A stretch of 64,000 nt of DNA from Octopus bimaculoides (Eukaryota), in contig NC_068988.1 in NCBI RefSeq assembly GCF_001194135.2, positions 71,480,802-71,544,801 on the forward strand, in the 5' to 3' direction. The notes under the pieces are model-generated. The model ran no database searches. It was not told the DNA's origin and saw only the letters and a list, made by a program, of their open reading frames with translations. Shown here one piece after another: positions 1 to 12,934 of the stretch (the stretch's first letter is position 1; the number at the start of each line of letters is the position of its first letter). Made by a program: the position numbers and the translations under genes.

Positions 1-872
1 GCTTACTTTTATGTAGATTGACATAAACAACTTATCCTGAAGGCGTTCATCTATAAAAACTGGTGTCGAAAGTGTAGAAAGTGTTAACAAATACTCATTA
101 CAGATATTACCAACAAAAATGAAAAAGAATCGTGACATTTATCGAAAGTTGTGTACAGTTTCGTAGACTCCTTTCCTACGACCTTTCTTTTGAACTTTTG
201 CTACCGCACTTTTGCATTTACTTATCAAATACAGAAGACGTTGTAATAAAAGTCTAATGCGCCGTGTAAAAAATATCAGGAAACCTAAATTTGACAATAG
301 CAGACATATATAGAATTACTTGCGATACACATTATTACATACTAAGATGTGCTATCTGATGGGCTTTACGTTATAAACAAATACAAACTACAATAGGAAA
401 GAGAAGCAAAAGAAATGTCTCGGAAACTAGAGATAACCGATATCTGTTTGCTAAAAGAGATATTGGTATTAGATATTTGTTCAAAATATCACGTGAACTG
501 AGACTCCAGATGCTAGAGAGTTATGCGCCTTAAATACGTATTTATCTGTTTTATATTGCACTTTGAAGATGACAAATATCCAAGGAACTAATCGCCAGTT
601 CAATGCATTTATGAGAGTAAGTCTAAAAAAATAATTGTTACGTTTCTTTTTTGTCATTCTTTGTTCTCTTAGCATTCTGTCGATGTTTATATATATATAT
701 ANNNNNNNNNNNNNNNNNNNNNNNNNNNNNNNNNNNNNNNNNNNNNNNNNNNNNNNNNNNNNNNNNNNNNNNNNNNNNNNNNNNNNNNNNNNNNNNNNNN
801 NNNNNNNNNNNNNNNNNNNNNNNNNNNNNNNNNNNNNNNNNNNNNNNNNNNNNNNNNNNNNNNNNNNNNNNN

Positions 873-913
<41 letters not shown>

Positions 914-959
914 GTTCACCCATTTGCAACAACGAAAAGTTATTACACATAAATAAATG

Positions 960-1115
960 CATACAACTTCCAGTAGTTTCCACAAAATTTCCGTCAGCTA
1001 AATTTCACTCACAAGGCATTAGTCAACAAAGGGTTATGTAAGGAGACATTTTCCCAAGGTACAGTAGATGGTACCCAGAACTACATGGTTGTCATGCAAA
1101 CTTGTTAACGACATA
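960..1115 (-). mobile_element. Degenerate fragment of tRNA-derived SINE family A (left module)
   Basis: Reverse complement resembles the copy at 1216-1380 (actcacaaggc...ttcccaaggt...gaactacatggttg). Confidence 0.6.
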
Positions 1116-1215
1116 GACAAAAAGCATTTTAGAAAATATGCAATCCTCGGCTCATTTTCTCACTGTTTGAGGAGAGATTGGTGTTATTTATAACGAATTC
1201 TCTCTATATAATAAA

Positions 1216-1590
1216 CTGTGGATGGCTATGCTGTAAGAAGCTTGCTTCCCAACTACATGGCTCCGGGTTCAGTCCCACTGCGTGGCACCTTGGGTAAGCG
1301 TCTTCTACCATGGCCTCGAGCCGACCAAATACTTGTGGGTAGATTTGGTTGACAGAAACTGATGGAAGCCCGTTGTATATGTGTGTGTGTTTGTGTGTGT
1401 ATGTGCGTGTGTGCGTTTCTTTAAGTCTAATCCCCCATCGTCGCTTGAGAACCGGGTTTGGTGTGTTTACGTTCCCGTAACAGCGGTTCTGGAAAAGAGA
1501 TCGATTGAATAAATACCAGTGTAAAAGAAAGTACTAGGGTCGATTCATTCGACTAAAATTCTTCAAGGCGGTACCCCAGTGTCCTCAAGT
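1216..1590 (+). mobile_element. tRNA-derived SINE family A, two modules separated by (TG)n
   Basis: Head with B-box-like ggttcagtccc, body ccttgggtaagcgtcttctac...gacagaaactgatggaagcccgttgtat, (TG)n, then right module cgcttgagaaccggg...gtcgattcattcgac; more than 10 homologous copies in the window. Confidence 0.85.
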
Positions 1591-2781
1591 GAAAGAGAAA
1601 TGATATGTGTGTGTGGGTGGGTGTGTGGGTGCGCGCGTGTGGGTGTCTGTGTATGTATGTGTATGTGTATACATGAGTGTATGTGTGTAAGAAAAAGAGA
1701 AAGCTTAGTTCTTGCAGATTATTATTTATTTATTGTTGTAATTCTAGATACAAAAAAGTTCTTCCACTTTGTACATGCTACCATATTTGCATTTGCTTTT
1801 GTAATGATTTCATTTTACTACATTAAGCAAATTCATATTGCCTTAAGCATTTTGTAAATTGTTGTCTTTTTCTTGGTTTGTTTCTTTGCTTTGTTCCAGT
1901 TTATCTACTATAGCAAATTCTGGTTATTTCTCGAACATTTAAAAAGCTGCAGTTGGGTTAGAGCAAATTAGAAATTAAACATCAAATATTAGGAGTTCCA
2001 AAATGGTAATTCAAATAGATTATAGAAAAATAAACAACAAAACACTAATCTGTTCATTTGAAGCAGCACACTAAAAGGATGAAAATCAATTTTAAATAAT
2101 TCAGGAGAAATACCAGCTTTTAAATGTACTTATGCTCTTTGGCAATAGGTTACCATTAACCTGAGTTTTCCTTCAGTGGATGCGAATACCAGTGCTATTT
2201 ATTGTTAATACAATTTGATTTTTTTATAGTGGCAGTGGTCACAAATATGTATTCTGTTTTTGGTTTTATTTCACTTAGCCAGTGCAGCGTTCTTAGCACA
2301 TGCATGTTTAATACGTATTTTTCCTCCAATATAAAAATAAATTCTTTACATGACCGTTTCACTTGAAAAAAATTCCCCACGTCTAATGCAACCGTATTAT
2401 GGTGGAGAGACCGAGTGCCACAGAACCGAGAGTTGAATAAGCATAAGTCCGCTGGGTACAATAATTGTAACTAATTAAAAATTTGGGAAACAACCTAAAT
2501 TATCACAATCTGTTATCATAAACTTACGAAATATTGTTTACTGTTCGTCGGTAATTATGTGGTCGGGTCACATTATCAAATTATATATCCTTCTCAGCGT
2601 ACATAGCCAACGAATGTTACGCGTCTTACACTATCTAATGATTGTGTTACTTTTAAGGTCGAAATACAGCTGATATTCTTGCTTCTCGCTGATGGGACGA
2701 ATTCCGTCTCCCTCTAATATTCACAGTGTTTTTAACTGACCACATCACTAAGCGATGTTACACACGCACGCACACACGCAC

Positions 2782-2818
<37 letters not shown>

Positions 2819-3299
2819 TAATAAGCATTATAACAGACAACTCTGAGTAATGGCAATCGGAGCCTTTCAGTTATATATTAAAAAAATACTCTACTTTTGT
2901 ATTCATAGCTTGTACTGAGTATGACACTAATCTGCATCCAGTGGTGAAGCACCTGTTTGGGAGTTCTAGAGTAGTTGGGAGCGTGGAAATATCCCTTAAT
3001 TACCATTACTGCCATGTCCCTTCTGGCCGGAAACGGTTGTACCTGTCAGAGTCCCAACTACGAGTTAAATAGATTTCCCAGGACAGAGGAGGCTCTTTTC
3101 GCTTTTGACAAAGTTGTAGGGAAGGTAACTGATAGCTGTCGTTCAAATTGCATATGTTAACTTTTCCTCTATTGGAATTCTTCCTTCTTTTCTTCATCGC
3201 TGGCAAATAATACATTCTAAGCAGAAGCAATGTGTCATAGTGTTCATGTCACTGAAGTGGTGTAGGCTGCCCCATATATGCAGATGGTTACACATTGTT

Positions 3300-3960
3300 T
3301 ACGGAGATGTCATTGACAACAATGTGCACAGATGAAAGACGTATAGAGAAGTGAAAACCAATAATGAAGACTGACTACAAGGCAGAACTCATGAGCTTGC
3401 TGCCCAACTAGATTGCAGTCAGAAAGTATTACTGAAGACTTTTGGAAGGGCAAAGTTAATGCAAATTGGGTGTCTCGGCAGTCGACACCTGTTTTCAAGG
3501 AGAGAACATTGGAATAGACTCACACCTGACCAATGCCTGAGAAGGTCAAGAAATCGACAAGGCATCACATGAGGGAGGTTGTTGGAGATAATTGGGACGT
3601 CCTGGCGTCCTTCCCTTTGATATTCTAGATTCTGGAGAAATTAAGACATTAAGACATTGAAAAAGCTTACAGAAGCCATTAAAAGGAAAATTGCCGAACA
3701 AGAATTTGAAACGACACACTATGATAGAGCGTTCCCCCCCCCCCACACACACACACACATTTGGCAAGAAATCAGGTAGTGGGAAAATGGGAATAATCAA
3801 TGTCATTTGCTCACTATGCGGCTTGGACTTTGCCATTCCACTCCACATATTCTGTCTAATGACGAAAAGACTTCGGAGACAACGATTTGATGATACAAAC
3901 AAAGTGAAAGTCGCTGTAAGGAATTGGGATCAATAGTGGACTCGGAAAAGGATTCATGAG
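3300..3960 (+). mobile_element. Decayed mariner (Tc1/mariner) transposase remnant
   Basis: Manual translation gives THELAAQLDCSQ (HTH-like), KVNANWVSRQST (WVPR-like motif) and the C-terminal RLRRQRFDDTNKVKVAVRNW; multiple stops and frameshifts. Confidence 0.7.
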
Positions 3961-4585
3961 TTGGGTTCAGCGATTGCGCAAAGGCGTCACTTCTTATGGA
4001 GGCTATGTTGAGTATTATCTTTGCGTAGGAGAATATTTACTCAACCTACATATGCAATTTGAACGACCTATGCTGTCTGATAGAGAAAGCTTACTTGTGC
4101 ATTAATTTCAGTAAGACTTTCGCTATATTATCGCTATGTGTGTTTGTGTGTTTGTTTGTTTGTGTGTATGTGTGTATGTGTATGTGTGTATAAAGTTATA
4201 AATAACGAGAGAGATATAGTATGATAAAATTTATTTAACCACTGGAAATTCTTATTTAATGACAATTGTTTCCGAACTTAAAACATTATAGATATTTAAT
4301 TTTATTATATTTGATAATAAGAAATAAATTACTTACATGTTTGCTTTAATATAAACAATTTAATGCAGATATTAAGCTTGTTCTTCTGGTTAAAAGAAAT
4401 CCATGTTAAAAAATAATCCCTCGTCATAACATTTCAAGAATGCAAAGTTAATATTTAAAGAATAAATAAACTTAAGAAATATGGAAGACAATAATATAAA
4501 ATTAACAAGACAGTTTTCTGAAGAAGAAAAAGGGAAATTTAGTAAGGATTTCGCATTTTGCCAGATGAGTGAACAGGAGCAACGT

Positions 4586-4700
4586 GAAATTAAGTGTTTT
4601 GCTCAAGAACACAACCCGTCGCCTGGTCCAGGAATCGGAACCACAATCATACGATCATGTGTCCAACTCCCTAATCACTAAGCCACGAGCCTCCTGCATA
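4586..4700 (-). mobile_element. tRNA-derived SINE head fragment
   Basis: Reverse complement gtggcttagtgattagggagttggacacatgatcgtatgattgtggttccgattcctggaccagg has A/B-box-like motifs; same head at 43010-43095. Confidence 0.75.
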
Positions 4701-5928
4701 TCATTAATAACCTAGAAAATAAAAGGTCGTAAAGATAGAAAAAAGAAATAACAAAATGAAACTTAGTAAAAGTTCTAACAGATAATGTTTACGAAATATA
4801 GGGATTGATATCAACAAGAGAACTTTGAACAATTTCAAATCAAATATTAGAAGTTTAAAGATATAAGTAAGGAAAGGATCTTAAACCGTATGGAAGACAA
4901 TAAAAATAGAACTAATAGAAATTAATAAGAGAAGGGAAATTCAGAAAGATATTAATTTAAAAAGTAACAACTAAATAATTTAGGTTCAAGAAAAGGAAAA
5001 TCATATATTTATATATATATATATATAAATATGATTCTCCCTTTTCTGCAGGGACTTGATAACATCAAGATACCAAATTTTGTCGATTTTCAAGAGAAAT
5101 CACGACTAGTTACATTTGCAGTCTTCTTTGAACAGTTAGCTGTCAGTTTACCTGAAGGGAATTAATTCAGTTATTAAAAAGAAGTGAAGAAATCAATGCA
5201 TGCAAAATCTCACAGCCCTAAAATAACTTCGTCATAGTAATCCATAAACTTTTCAGCGCACACTCGTATATATATATATGTATATTAAAGCTTGTGACGA
5301 ATAGTTCTGCGTTTTACCAATTTCACAAACGAAAATAATTGTATGCAAAATTCATTAAATAAAAATTGTAAATACAAAACGAAATCTATTTCATGTAATG
5401 GCAACGTTATTGTGTAAGACTATTTGACATTGTCCAATTGTCTTTTAGAAATATATAAGAAAAAATGGAACATCTATATTTTTATTTTCTTCTGGAAATA
5501 TTTTGTTTGTACGTATGCTTTTTTTTTATTGAGAATTTGTGTTATGCGACTCATCGATTTTTCAGTCACAAGAAAATTTGAAACAGTTTAACATATATTC
5601 ATTTATTGCTACAAAACCAAACCAATTTTGCGAAAGTTTGTTCAGGAGGTAGCCGTTATAATGCAGAATATTTATTTTTTGAGATACATAAGTCACAAAT
5701 ATCATTACAATGTTATAAAAATCCCTAAAATGTGGTAGTCCTTAATATAATTGCTTTAAAAACCAAATATATTTTGAAAAACTCGAAAGTATATAGAATT
5801 GATTACATCGACCATAAAAGTATAAAATCATATATATATAATTGTTTACACTCACACATATACACACATAGATACACAGCTATATATATATATATATATA
5901 TATAGCTGTGTATCTATATAGAATTGAT

Positions 5929-5960
<32 letters not shown>

Positions 5961-6113
5961 CACGCTTTCGGTGCGAATATTTTTTTTTAATACGGTGCCG
6001 TATTTTACAATCCTGTAAATAATAATAATAATGGTATTTTTATATAAGCTTAAAGCTTATGGCGTTCACCGTGCAATGACTAATGGAAACAGTCATATAA
6101 ACGGGCATATATA

Positions 6114-6201
6114 CAGCAATGCCTCGATATACGAGTTAATTCGTTAATTCCCGTTAATGCGAAAACTCGTAAAGTGGGTCCTCGTAAATTGAGGTATAAC
6201 T
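6114..6201. mobile_element. Very short pogo/Tigger-like MITE
   Basis: Imperfect terminal inverted repeats cagcaatgcctcgatatacgag ... ctcgtaaattgaggtataact, flanked by TA. Confidence 0.5.
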
Positions 6202-6784
6202 ATATATGCATATATACATAGAAGGTATATAATATATATATGCATATGTAATCAAATTATTTATTTTTGTATATGGTTTATAGTTATAAAATATTGGTAT
6301 AATCTATGCGCATGTATACACGCACGCGCACATATATTTGGAAGTATATATTTACATCTACCTGTGTGTGAGTGTGGTGGTGGTGGTGGTGGCGGTATGT
6401 GTGTGTGTGTGTGTAGTCTATATTATCCAATATTATTAGATGTTATAAAGAAAAGATACAGCTGGTATACAAGTTCTATAGCCACAAAAAAAAAAACGAA
6501 TATAAAAATAACCTTACATACAACGACCTACCACACGTTTCCACAAAGATTCAAAGAATAAAGAATTGTTTAAATGATATCAAACTAAATAACAATCTCA
6601 ATTGGTTGGAAGTATCAGCCGCGACGGAAAAAAAAAAGTTGAAAAACGAGGTTTGGGAATTGAAGTGTCGGAAAATAAAACTAAACTAAAGTAATGTAAA
6701 AGAGAGAAACAGAGGAGGGAGAAGATAAAACAAATGTTATGTTTGTGTCTGTATGTACGTTGGGTGTGATAATACATATATCAG

Positions 6785-7008
6785 AGAGACAGACAGGCAG
6801 ACAGACAGTCAGACAGACAGACAGACAGTCAGACAGACAGTCAGACAGTCAGACAGACAGACAGTCTGACAGACAGACAGACAGTCAGNNNNNNNNNNCA
6901 GACAGACAGTCAGACAGACAGACAGACAGTCAGACAGACAGTCAGACAGACAGTCAGACAGACAGTCAGACAGACAGTCAGACAGACAGTCAGACAGACA
7001 GTCAGAGA
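6785..7008 (+). repeat. (CAGA)n / (GACAGACAGTCA)n minisatellite
   Basis: 12-bp periodicity visible directly; small gap inside. Confidence 0.95.
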
Positions 7009-7214
7009 GTGTGGGAGAGGGAGAGCAATGGGGGAGTATTTAACAGATGAGCTGCAGAGATTCTCAATATAGAAAACATTCATTAGATTTGAGCTTACAC
7101 TCGGAAAACCACTACTGAAACCCACCTATGAGGAATCCAGGTGAGTAGAAATGGAGACAATGATACAAATAAACAAATAAAACTGCTTGGGTCTTATATG
7201 TATATATGCGAAGT

Positions 7215-7530
7215 ATAGTTCAGTAAGTTAGAGCGTCGAACCTCCCAATCATGAGATAGTGAGTTCGATACAAGTACCGTGCTGTGTGTTGTGTTCTTGA
7301 GCACAATACTATATTTCACGTTGCCCCAGTTCACTCAGCTTCCAAAAATGAGTTCAACATCACTGGTGTCAAGCTGTATCGGCCTTTGTCTCTCCCTTGG
7401 ATAACATCAGTGGCGTGGAGTGTATGGGCGGCTGTTGGTCTCTCACAAAGAAATTTGCCCGGACTTTTGCCTTGGAGGGTAACTTTCTAGGTGCAATCCC
7501 ATGGTGATTCATGACTGAATGGGGTCTGTA
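7215..7530 (+). mobile_element. tRNA-derived SINE family D
   Basis: Head ...gtgagttcgatac, then tgtgttgtgttcttgagc...ccagttcactcagct and body to aatggggtct; 3' part repeated at 7599-7805 across a gap. Confidence 0.75.
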
Positions 7531-8479
7531 CACACACATACACGTATATATATATATACATATATNNNNNNNNNNNNNNNNNNNNNNNNNNNNNNNNNCC
7601 CCAGTTCACTCAGCTTCCAAAAATGAGTTCAACATCACTGGTGTCAAGCTGTATCGGCCTTTGTCTCTCCCTTGGATAACATCAGTGGCGTGGAGTGTAT
7701 GGGCGGCTGTTGGTCTCTCACAAAGAAATTTGCCCGGACTTTTGCCTTGGAGGGTAACTTTCTAGGTGCAATCCCATGGTGATTCATGACTGAATGGGGT
7801 CTGTACACACACATACACGTATATATATATATACGTAGTGGATATATATACACGCAAACATATAGAGTGAATGAGAGAGAGGAAGACAGTAAAAGAAAGA
7901 TAGAGGTAGGAGTGGGGGATGACAGTGTAGGTAATACACTGTGTAGTCAGAGAGCACACGTCTTATTTAATTGTAATATAATTATGAAGTTAAAATCACC
8001 ATCTCTGTGTAAATACTTAATGTATATACACCGTGGAAAAGTATGATGCTGTTTTCGTATGAGACAAAATCTGCATTATACCAGTGGCATAGTCCAAATC
8101 TTATGGGAAAACAGTTTGGCGTCAGTAGTGGGTAAATTCAAAGGCCAGTATGTGTGTGCATTTATGTGCATGTATGAGTGTGTGTGTGTGTGAGTATGCG
8201 TGCGCATATATAACTTCAAATTGTAGACTGATTTTTTTCCATTTGTTACCTTTGTCTGTAACTCTACTCTCTATTCAAGCCTTAAGTTTCTTTTCTTCTT
8301 CTTTTTTTTTTCTTTTTTTTGTGAGATATTACATATATAGATATCATCTCTGATGTGCAGCAGGGTTTGGATTTGTTCCCACACGCTTATTTCAATACAT
8401 CAATAATCTACTTTCCGTCACATCTTATGGGGCCCACATTCATGGGGATAAAATAATCCTTCACTTGTTCCTGACCCTA

Positions 8480-8880
8480 TCTGAGTAAGCAAAATTCACA
8501 CTTAAACCACAGGTCAAAATGTATTGACTCCTCTAACGGAAACCTTAAGAACATTCCTCGGCATAAACATACAAATCTTGCCTCTTTTAAGAAAAAATAA
8601 TCTTCAACATTATTCAGTCCAAGAACATACACTCACACTAAAAAACACTAAATATGAGCGACACTCAGCTAGAGGCCTTGACGGTTGTATCAAAATACTG
8701 GTCTCTTGTTATCATAGCTAAGACTACATCCTAAAGCCTGGCCTCTCTCTTCAGGCCAAAAAATTTCAGCCACGAACTTCATTCACTAACATACAGGCTC
8801 TAACCTCTGAAACACAAGCGCAATGTCTCCTCTTTCTGTCTTTTCTAGCGTTACTATAGAACCGATACATTCATCCCTTC
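8480..8880 (+). mobile_element. Degenerate non-LTR retrotransposon 3' fragment (CR1/L2/Jockey-group-like)
   Basis: acaagcgcaatgtctcctctttctgtcttttctagcgttactat translates HKRNVSSFCLF*RYY, resembling the HRRNVASLSLFYRYY motif downstream of RT in these LINEs. Confidence 0.45.
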
Positions 8881-8967
8881 CATTCTCATGATATTTGCTG
8901 CGTGCAGTGCCTCAGCTAAGTTATTCCAGTCAAGATCATCGGCTTTCTGGAATTTCGTTGTTCACTA

Positions 8968-10169
8968 GGGTGGAGCGAAAAATGCAACTTTCAAAAGTGG
9001 TAATCAAGAATCAATATTTTGTTGCAAGTTAAGGTTAGCAGCAGGGTGTATAAAGAACTTTGCAGTTAAGTATGTTTTTTAGACTCCGCAACGCATTTGA
9101 AAATTTTACATATCTCTATTTTTGGTCGAATTTTGGATTTCATGGATTATAAGTCGTACGGAATACATATCTCCGCATAGAAGAACGCAAAACAGTAAAT
9201 ATAGTATCCTTACGAGGCTGCATACGATGTGTCAATACAATTGACTAATATCTCGGAGTTCCGCATTGAATATAAAGAGAATAAGAGCACAACTTCTCAA
9301 CGGTCGTTGCGTGTGGGCGTAAGTCGTACGTATATGAAGTCTCTGCTTTGTACCTTGAGTTTAGGTCATTGTATTAAAGTGTGATGTGTTTAATGTTTGA
9401 TGTGTTTGTGATGTGACAAAAGATTTATTTCACATTTCCTGTTGCAAGCGCAACTCCTTTAAAAACTGCGGTTGTAGTAGAGACAAAAAAGTATCACAGA
9501 GAGAACAAGATCAACGAACAACTCGAAAAATGATCATTGGCGAAATAGATCAAGCAGTATCTAAACAGAGCGTTCAGAGGCTGTTTAGAAAGAATCGGCC
9601 AGATTACAGACGCCCTTCTACGTCAGCAAAAGAAAGTTTAAAATTTTCGGTTGAATTGTCTCAATCGTAACACAAAGTATGTATGCCTTTTGGCAAAGAA
9701 GAATCACCTTTTCTGCTACAACCTTGACAATTTGTTCAATTTATTTTAATGTGTGTGTAATCTAGACCCCATGTAACATGTATTCGGTGGTCCAGTATTA
9801 AAAGTGATAAAGAAAACAAAGTCGAAATATCTATTAATTTCACATAATTTCGAAATTTCAGTTACGTTGCGGATCCTAAAGATATAAATTATAGAACTTA
9901 AGATTTCCAATCTCTTGTTTTCAACGGATTTAGCAAAGGAAAATTGATTCGTAATAATGAATGCAGAAATAAAATGAGGAACGGTAAATGTGATATAAAT
10001 TGATTTTTTGCTCATTAATCAAAATTTCAAGTGGGCTGTGAAACCTAAAGATGTAAATTTAAGAACTTCAGATTTTAACGCAGTTGTTTTTAACAGACTT
10101 CGCAATAGAAAGTATATTCCTAAAAACATATTTCAAAAAACTGTAAAAAGTAACTTTTTTGCTCCATTC
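8968..10169 (+). mobile_element. Non-autonomous DNA transposon with ~26-bp TIRs, superfamily unassigned
   Basis: Left end (ta)gggtggagcgaaaaatgcaacttt; right end aaagtaacttttttgctccattc(ta); internal Cys-rich remnant ORF 9413-9670 (LFHISCCKRNSFKNCGCSRDKKV...DQRTTRKMIIGEID). Confidence 0.6.
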
Positions 10170-12000
10170 TACTCTTCATGTCAAACCAGCAGATGATCTG
10201 CAACAGTTTAAACGGAACGTTAGTGGTATCCGACTCATCGCGCTCTCAGAAGTGCCTGTTTCTCATGTAGGCGCCTGCTGCATAAAGGCACATGCATACA
10301 TTCTAACTGACGAGAATATGCATATCACGTAATTTCATCGTCTGGAAAAAAATTAGTGCGAAGCGTCCGGTCTCTGTGTACCAGTGAAATCTGGCTGCTA
10401 CGATTTATGAAATTTCAGCATCATCTTGTCAGGTACTGCTGTCGAAAATAGCCAAGCAGGCTTATCAAAATTTACTTTTTAGCGGCGGAAGTAGTGTTAA
10501 TATTAAAAGGTAATCTTATTATCCAACTTAACAGGGATATTTTGTTAGAAAACCGAATATTACGTTAATAGTCTTTAGAGATCTTCGCGTATAGGCTTTT
10601 GGTGCATAAAAGCACAAACATAGACCAAAGCAGAGAAGAATCATGTCATGAGCGCCGGAATTGCCATATCACGCGATTTCATTCTACTGGAAATCATCAG
10701 TGGAAAGCATGCTACTCAATTAAATCTCGCTGATATGATTTATAGAATATTAGTATTTTTTCAGACACTGATATCTCAAACAGCCAGCAGTTTTATTAAA
10801 AATGAATTACCGGTGACGGAAGTAGTATTAACAGCAAAAGGTATTAATATCAAGCACCGATACGAGAGGATCTCCCAAGGCTAATAACGATGTAATCAAT
10901 GTTCTAACAAGACATTCATGTTATGCTGGATACAGAAATTACCTTTTGGTATTAATTTTGCTTCCGTCACAAATAACAAACACACACTATATATATATAT
11001 ATATATATATATATNNNNNNNNNNNNNNNNNNNNNNNNNNNNNNNNNNNNNNNNNNNNNNNNNNNNNNNNNNNNNNNNNNNNNNNNNNNNNNNNNNNNNN
11101 NNNNNNNNNNNNNNNNNNNNNNNNNNNNNNNNNNNNNNNNNNNNNNNNNNNNNNNNNNNNNNNNNNNNNNNNNNNNNNNNNNNNNNNNNNNNNNNNNNNN
11201 NNNNNNNNNNNNNNNNNNNNNNNNNNNNNNNNNNNNNNNNNNNNNNNNNNNNNNNNNNNNNNNNNNNNNNNNNNNNNNNNNNNNNNNNNNNNNNNNNNNN
11301 NNNNNNNNNNNNNNNNNNNNNNNNNNNNNNNNNNNNNNNNNNNNNNNNNNNNNNNNNNNNNNNNNNNNNNNNNNNNNNNNNNNNNNNNNNNNNNNNNNNN
11401 NNNNNNNNNNNNNNNNNNNNNNNNNNNNNNNNNNNNNNNNNNNNNNNNNNNNNNNNNNNNNNNNNNNNNNNNNNNNNNNNNNNNNNNNNNNNNNNNNNNN
11501 NNNNNNNNNNNNNNNNNNNNNNNNNNNNNNNNNNNNNNNNNNNNNNNNNNNNNNNNNNNNNNNNNNNNNNNNNNNNNNNNNNNNNNNNNNNNNNNNNNNN
11601 NNNNNNNNNNNNNNNNNNNNNNNNNNNNNNNNNNNNNNNNNNNNNNNNNNNNNNNNNNNNNNNNNNNNNNNNNNNNNNNNNNNNNNNNNNNNNNNNNNNN
11701 NNNNNNNNNNNNNNNNNNNNNNNNNNNNNNNNNNNNNNNNNNNNNNNNNNNNNNNNNNNNNNNNNNNNNNNNNNNNNNNNNNNNNNNNNNNNNNNNNNNN
11801 NNNNNNNNNNNNNNNNNNNNNNNNNNNNNNNNNNNNNNNNNNNNNNNNNNNNNNNNNNNNNNNNNNNNNNNNNNNNNNNNNNNNNNNNNNNNNNNNNNNN
11901 NNNNNNNNNNNNNNNNNNNNNNNNNNNNNNNNNNNNNNNNNNNNNNNNNNNNNNNNNNNNNNNNNNNNNNNNNNNNNNNNNNNTATATATATATATAAAC

Positions 12001-12060
<60 letters not shown>

Positions 12061-12422
12061 TCTCCAAATCTAAACGGAATAAACTTAACAAGAGATCAAT
12101 CATACAGAGGAAGAACAAGTTCGCGTGGTTTTAAAGATATCGTAGTAAAGTTTAGAATTCTTCTGATATAGATATGGATACGGCAGGGCTATGGATACAT
12201 GTATATCATACATACATCTAAATGCTGTTCACTTCTATTCAACCAAGTTGCTATCTTTCTTGAGAGGAAATTTTATCGGACAACATTCATTCTGTCTTAA
12301 AGCTATGATTATGAAACACAACAACCTGACGGCTAGAAATGCATGAGTAATTACTAGTTACAGGTGAAAAGAGAGTAAGTGAACATAATATTTTATAGAA
12401 ATGAAAAAAATGCTTGAATAGA

Positions 12423-12736
12423 TGTTCGTGCTGCTGATCGAGGTGAGAGGGGTAACTTCCCTTGGCAAACAGGACACAGTCGTGTGTCGATAAGCCAGCT
12501 GGAGGAGATGTCCTCCTGGGGCTAAAAGCAACAGTAACATCCACCCCTAGGGGTCAGCCACACTTAAGTGGCAATATACTACACTTTATCGTGCAGTTAC
12601 TGTTAATACTTCATTTAGAGAATTAACATTGCTTGTTTTCACCTTTTCAATATCAGTGAAGAATTTCACTGGAAAAGAAGATATAAGTTTGCCAGGTTTT
12701 TGTCTCTCTCACCAAGGTCATCAGCTGTCGAACGCC
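12423..12736 (+). mobile_element. Retrozyme-like / Penelope pseudo-LTR unit, copy 1 (hammerhead core falls in the N-gap)
   Basis: Near-identical to 56927-57187 over the shared part; begins at the base after the predicted hammerhead cleavage site and ends cgaacgcc at the start of the core; many internal hairpins. Confidence 0.75.
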
Positions 12737-12875
12737 NNNNNNNNNNNNNNNNNNNNNNNNNNNNNNNNNNNNNNNNNNNNNNNNNNNNNNNNNNNNNNNN
12801 NNNNNNNNNNNNNNNNNNNNNNNNNNNNNNNNNNNNNNNNNNNNNNNNNNNNNNNNNNNNNNNNNNNNNNNNNNN

Positions 12876-12934
<59 letters not shown>

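Noticed and set aside
7088-7140. Plus-strand segments with plausible splice sites (7088-7140, 17548-17579, 39160-39180, from 39981, ~61992-62010)
   Set aside because: They do not chain into a recognisable protein, and sites of this strength are expected by chance in 64 kb
7599-7830. Exact duplication of 7328-7560 across a small gap
   Set aside because: Identical sequence either side of an N-gap is typical of unmerged contig overlap; probably an assembly artefact
10918-12171. Long ORFs of 200-550 aa in the track (also 18770-19762, 20437-21717, 54721-55400, 59621-60700, 62303-63657)
   Set aside because: Made of N-runs and dinucleotide repeats; not real coding sequence
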